A stretch of 64,000 nt of DNA from Octopus bimaculoides (Eukaryota). The notes under the pieces were generated by a model. The model did not search any database. It was not told where the DNA came from and saw nothing but the letters and a program-made list of their open reading frames with translations. Position numbers and translations under genes: made by a program. How positions within the stretch are numbered: the stretch's first letter is position 1; the number at the start of each line of letters is the position of its first letter. Where the stretch lies: positions 50,308,343 to 50,372,342 of the forward strand of contig NC_068995.1 of assembly GCF_001194135.2 (NCBI RefSeq), read 5' to 3'. Of the stretch, positions 62,941-64,000 are shown piece by piece.

Positions 62941-63311
62941 AAGACAGAGAGAATGTGTCAATTTTTTTTTTTTTATGAAGAACACTTCTCAAGTTACTTA
63001 AAAGCATGGATTATGGTGTTTTAAACCTACCACTGCCCTCAATGCTACAACCAGCAATAAACCCCTCATCAGTAAGACCATCAGCTTGACCTCTCTAACA
63101 GTACCATCAGTACCAATAAGCAACCAGTACCACTAGTGCTACTAAGACCACCATCACCAACACCAGCACCACTTCTAGTGCCAACATCCACCACGTTTTT
63201 TTGGCAGATTTTTAGGAAACCAAATTTGATATTCCATTTTCCTTTCTTTGAGAAGAAAAAGCAACAAAAAAAATAAGACCCTAACATTTTCATCACTCCC
63301 TTACTATTTGT

Positions 63312-63351
<40 letters not shown>

Positions 63352-63565
63352 TGCACACGTGTGTGTATGCAAGTAACATTGTGGGTGTACACGAAGGAGA
63401 GAGAGAGNNNNNNNNNNCTTTCTTTGTCTTTCTCTCTCTCTCTCTCTCTACTTCCCTTTCATTTTTCTATATTGATTAACAAGGGAGAAAACCTACTACT
63501 ACTACTACTACCACCACAATAATGAAGATAATACTTCAACTATTACTACCACCACAACTACTACT

Positions 63566-63600
<35 letters not shown>

Positions 63601-64000
63601 TTAATTTGGTTTTAGTAAGGATTTCTGTATATAAAGAAAAAACAAAAATCACTACCACCACCACTGTCAGCTTCACTCACACCACCAGTGTCATCATCAT
63701 CATCATCACCATCATCGTAGTCATCACTTTTCAACAGCTCGTTCTTCTCATCCCCCATTATCATCACACTTACACACACACACACACACACACACACACT
63801 CATCATCTCTCCCTCCTCCACCTTCCACCATCTCACCACTGCTTCTAAGTATCACCAGTTGCCCCACCCCCCGCTCCACTGCCATCCCCCACCATCATGA
63901 ACACCATCCCACCACCACCACTAACAACACTACCATCATCATCATCATCATCATCATAATTATTACCACCACCATCCTAGACACACACACATTTGCCAGA

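Overview
AT-rich, microsatellite-dense eukaryotic DNA from a gapped draft assembly (13 N-runs, many bounded by simple repeats). The repeat complement (tRNA-headed SINEs, RTE LINEs with (GAT)n tails) looks like an Octopus genome; this is recognition from memory, not a database result. Almost all ORFs in the supplied track are artefacts of microsatellites, gaps or decayed transposons. One well-supported host exon is present (8280-8430, minus strand, canonical AG/GT, single open frame, two YxxP motifs resembling SHB/SHD/SHE/SHF adaptors). A CpG-retaining promoter-like island at about 46.7-47.6 kb may be that gene's 5' end, which would make most of the window intronic. The rest is several SINE families, RTE LINE fragments of different ages, a decayed Penelope-like element (RT thumb plus GIY-YIG tail), a Merlin/ISXO2 transposase remnant, hAT and TTAA-type MITEs, two Helentron-type HINE-like elements and minisatellites. 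The most unusual items are a decayed type-I hammerhead ribozyme fold inside a perfect 24-bp inverted repeat (17.7-18.0 kb), a HINE copy carrying 186 bp of extra DNA, and head-to-head SINE pairs that could form intronic dsRNA. No prokaryote-type system, CRISPR array, tRNA or rRNA gene was found. Repeat boundaries were set by eye and are approximate.
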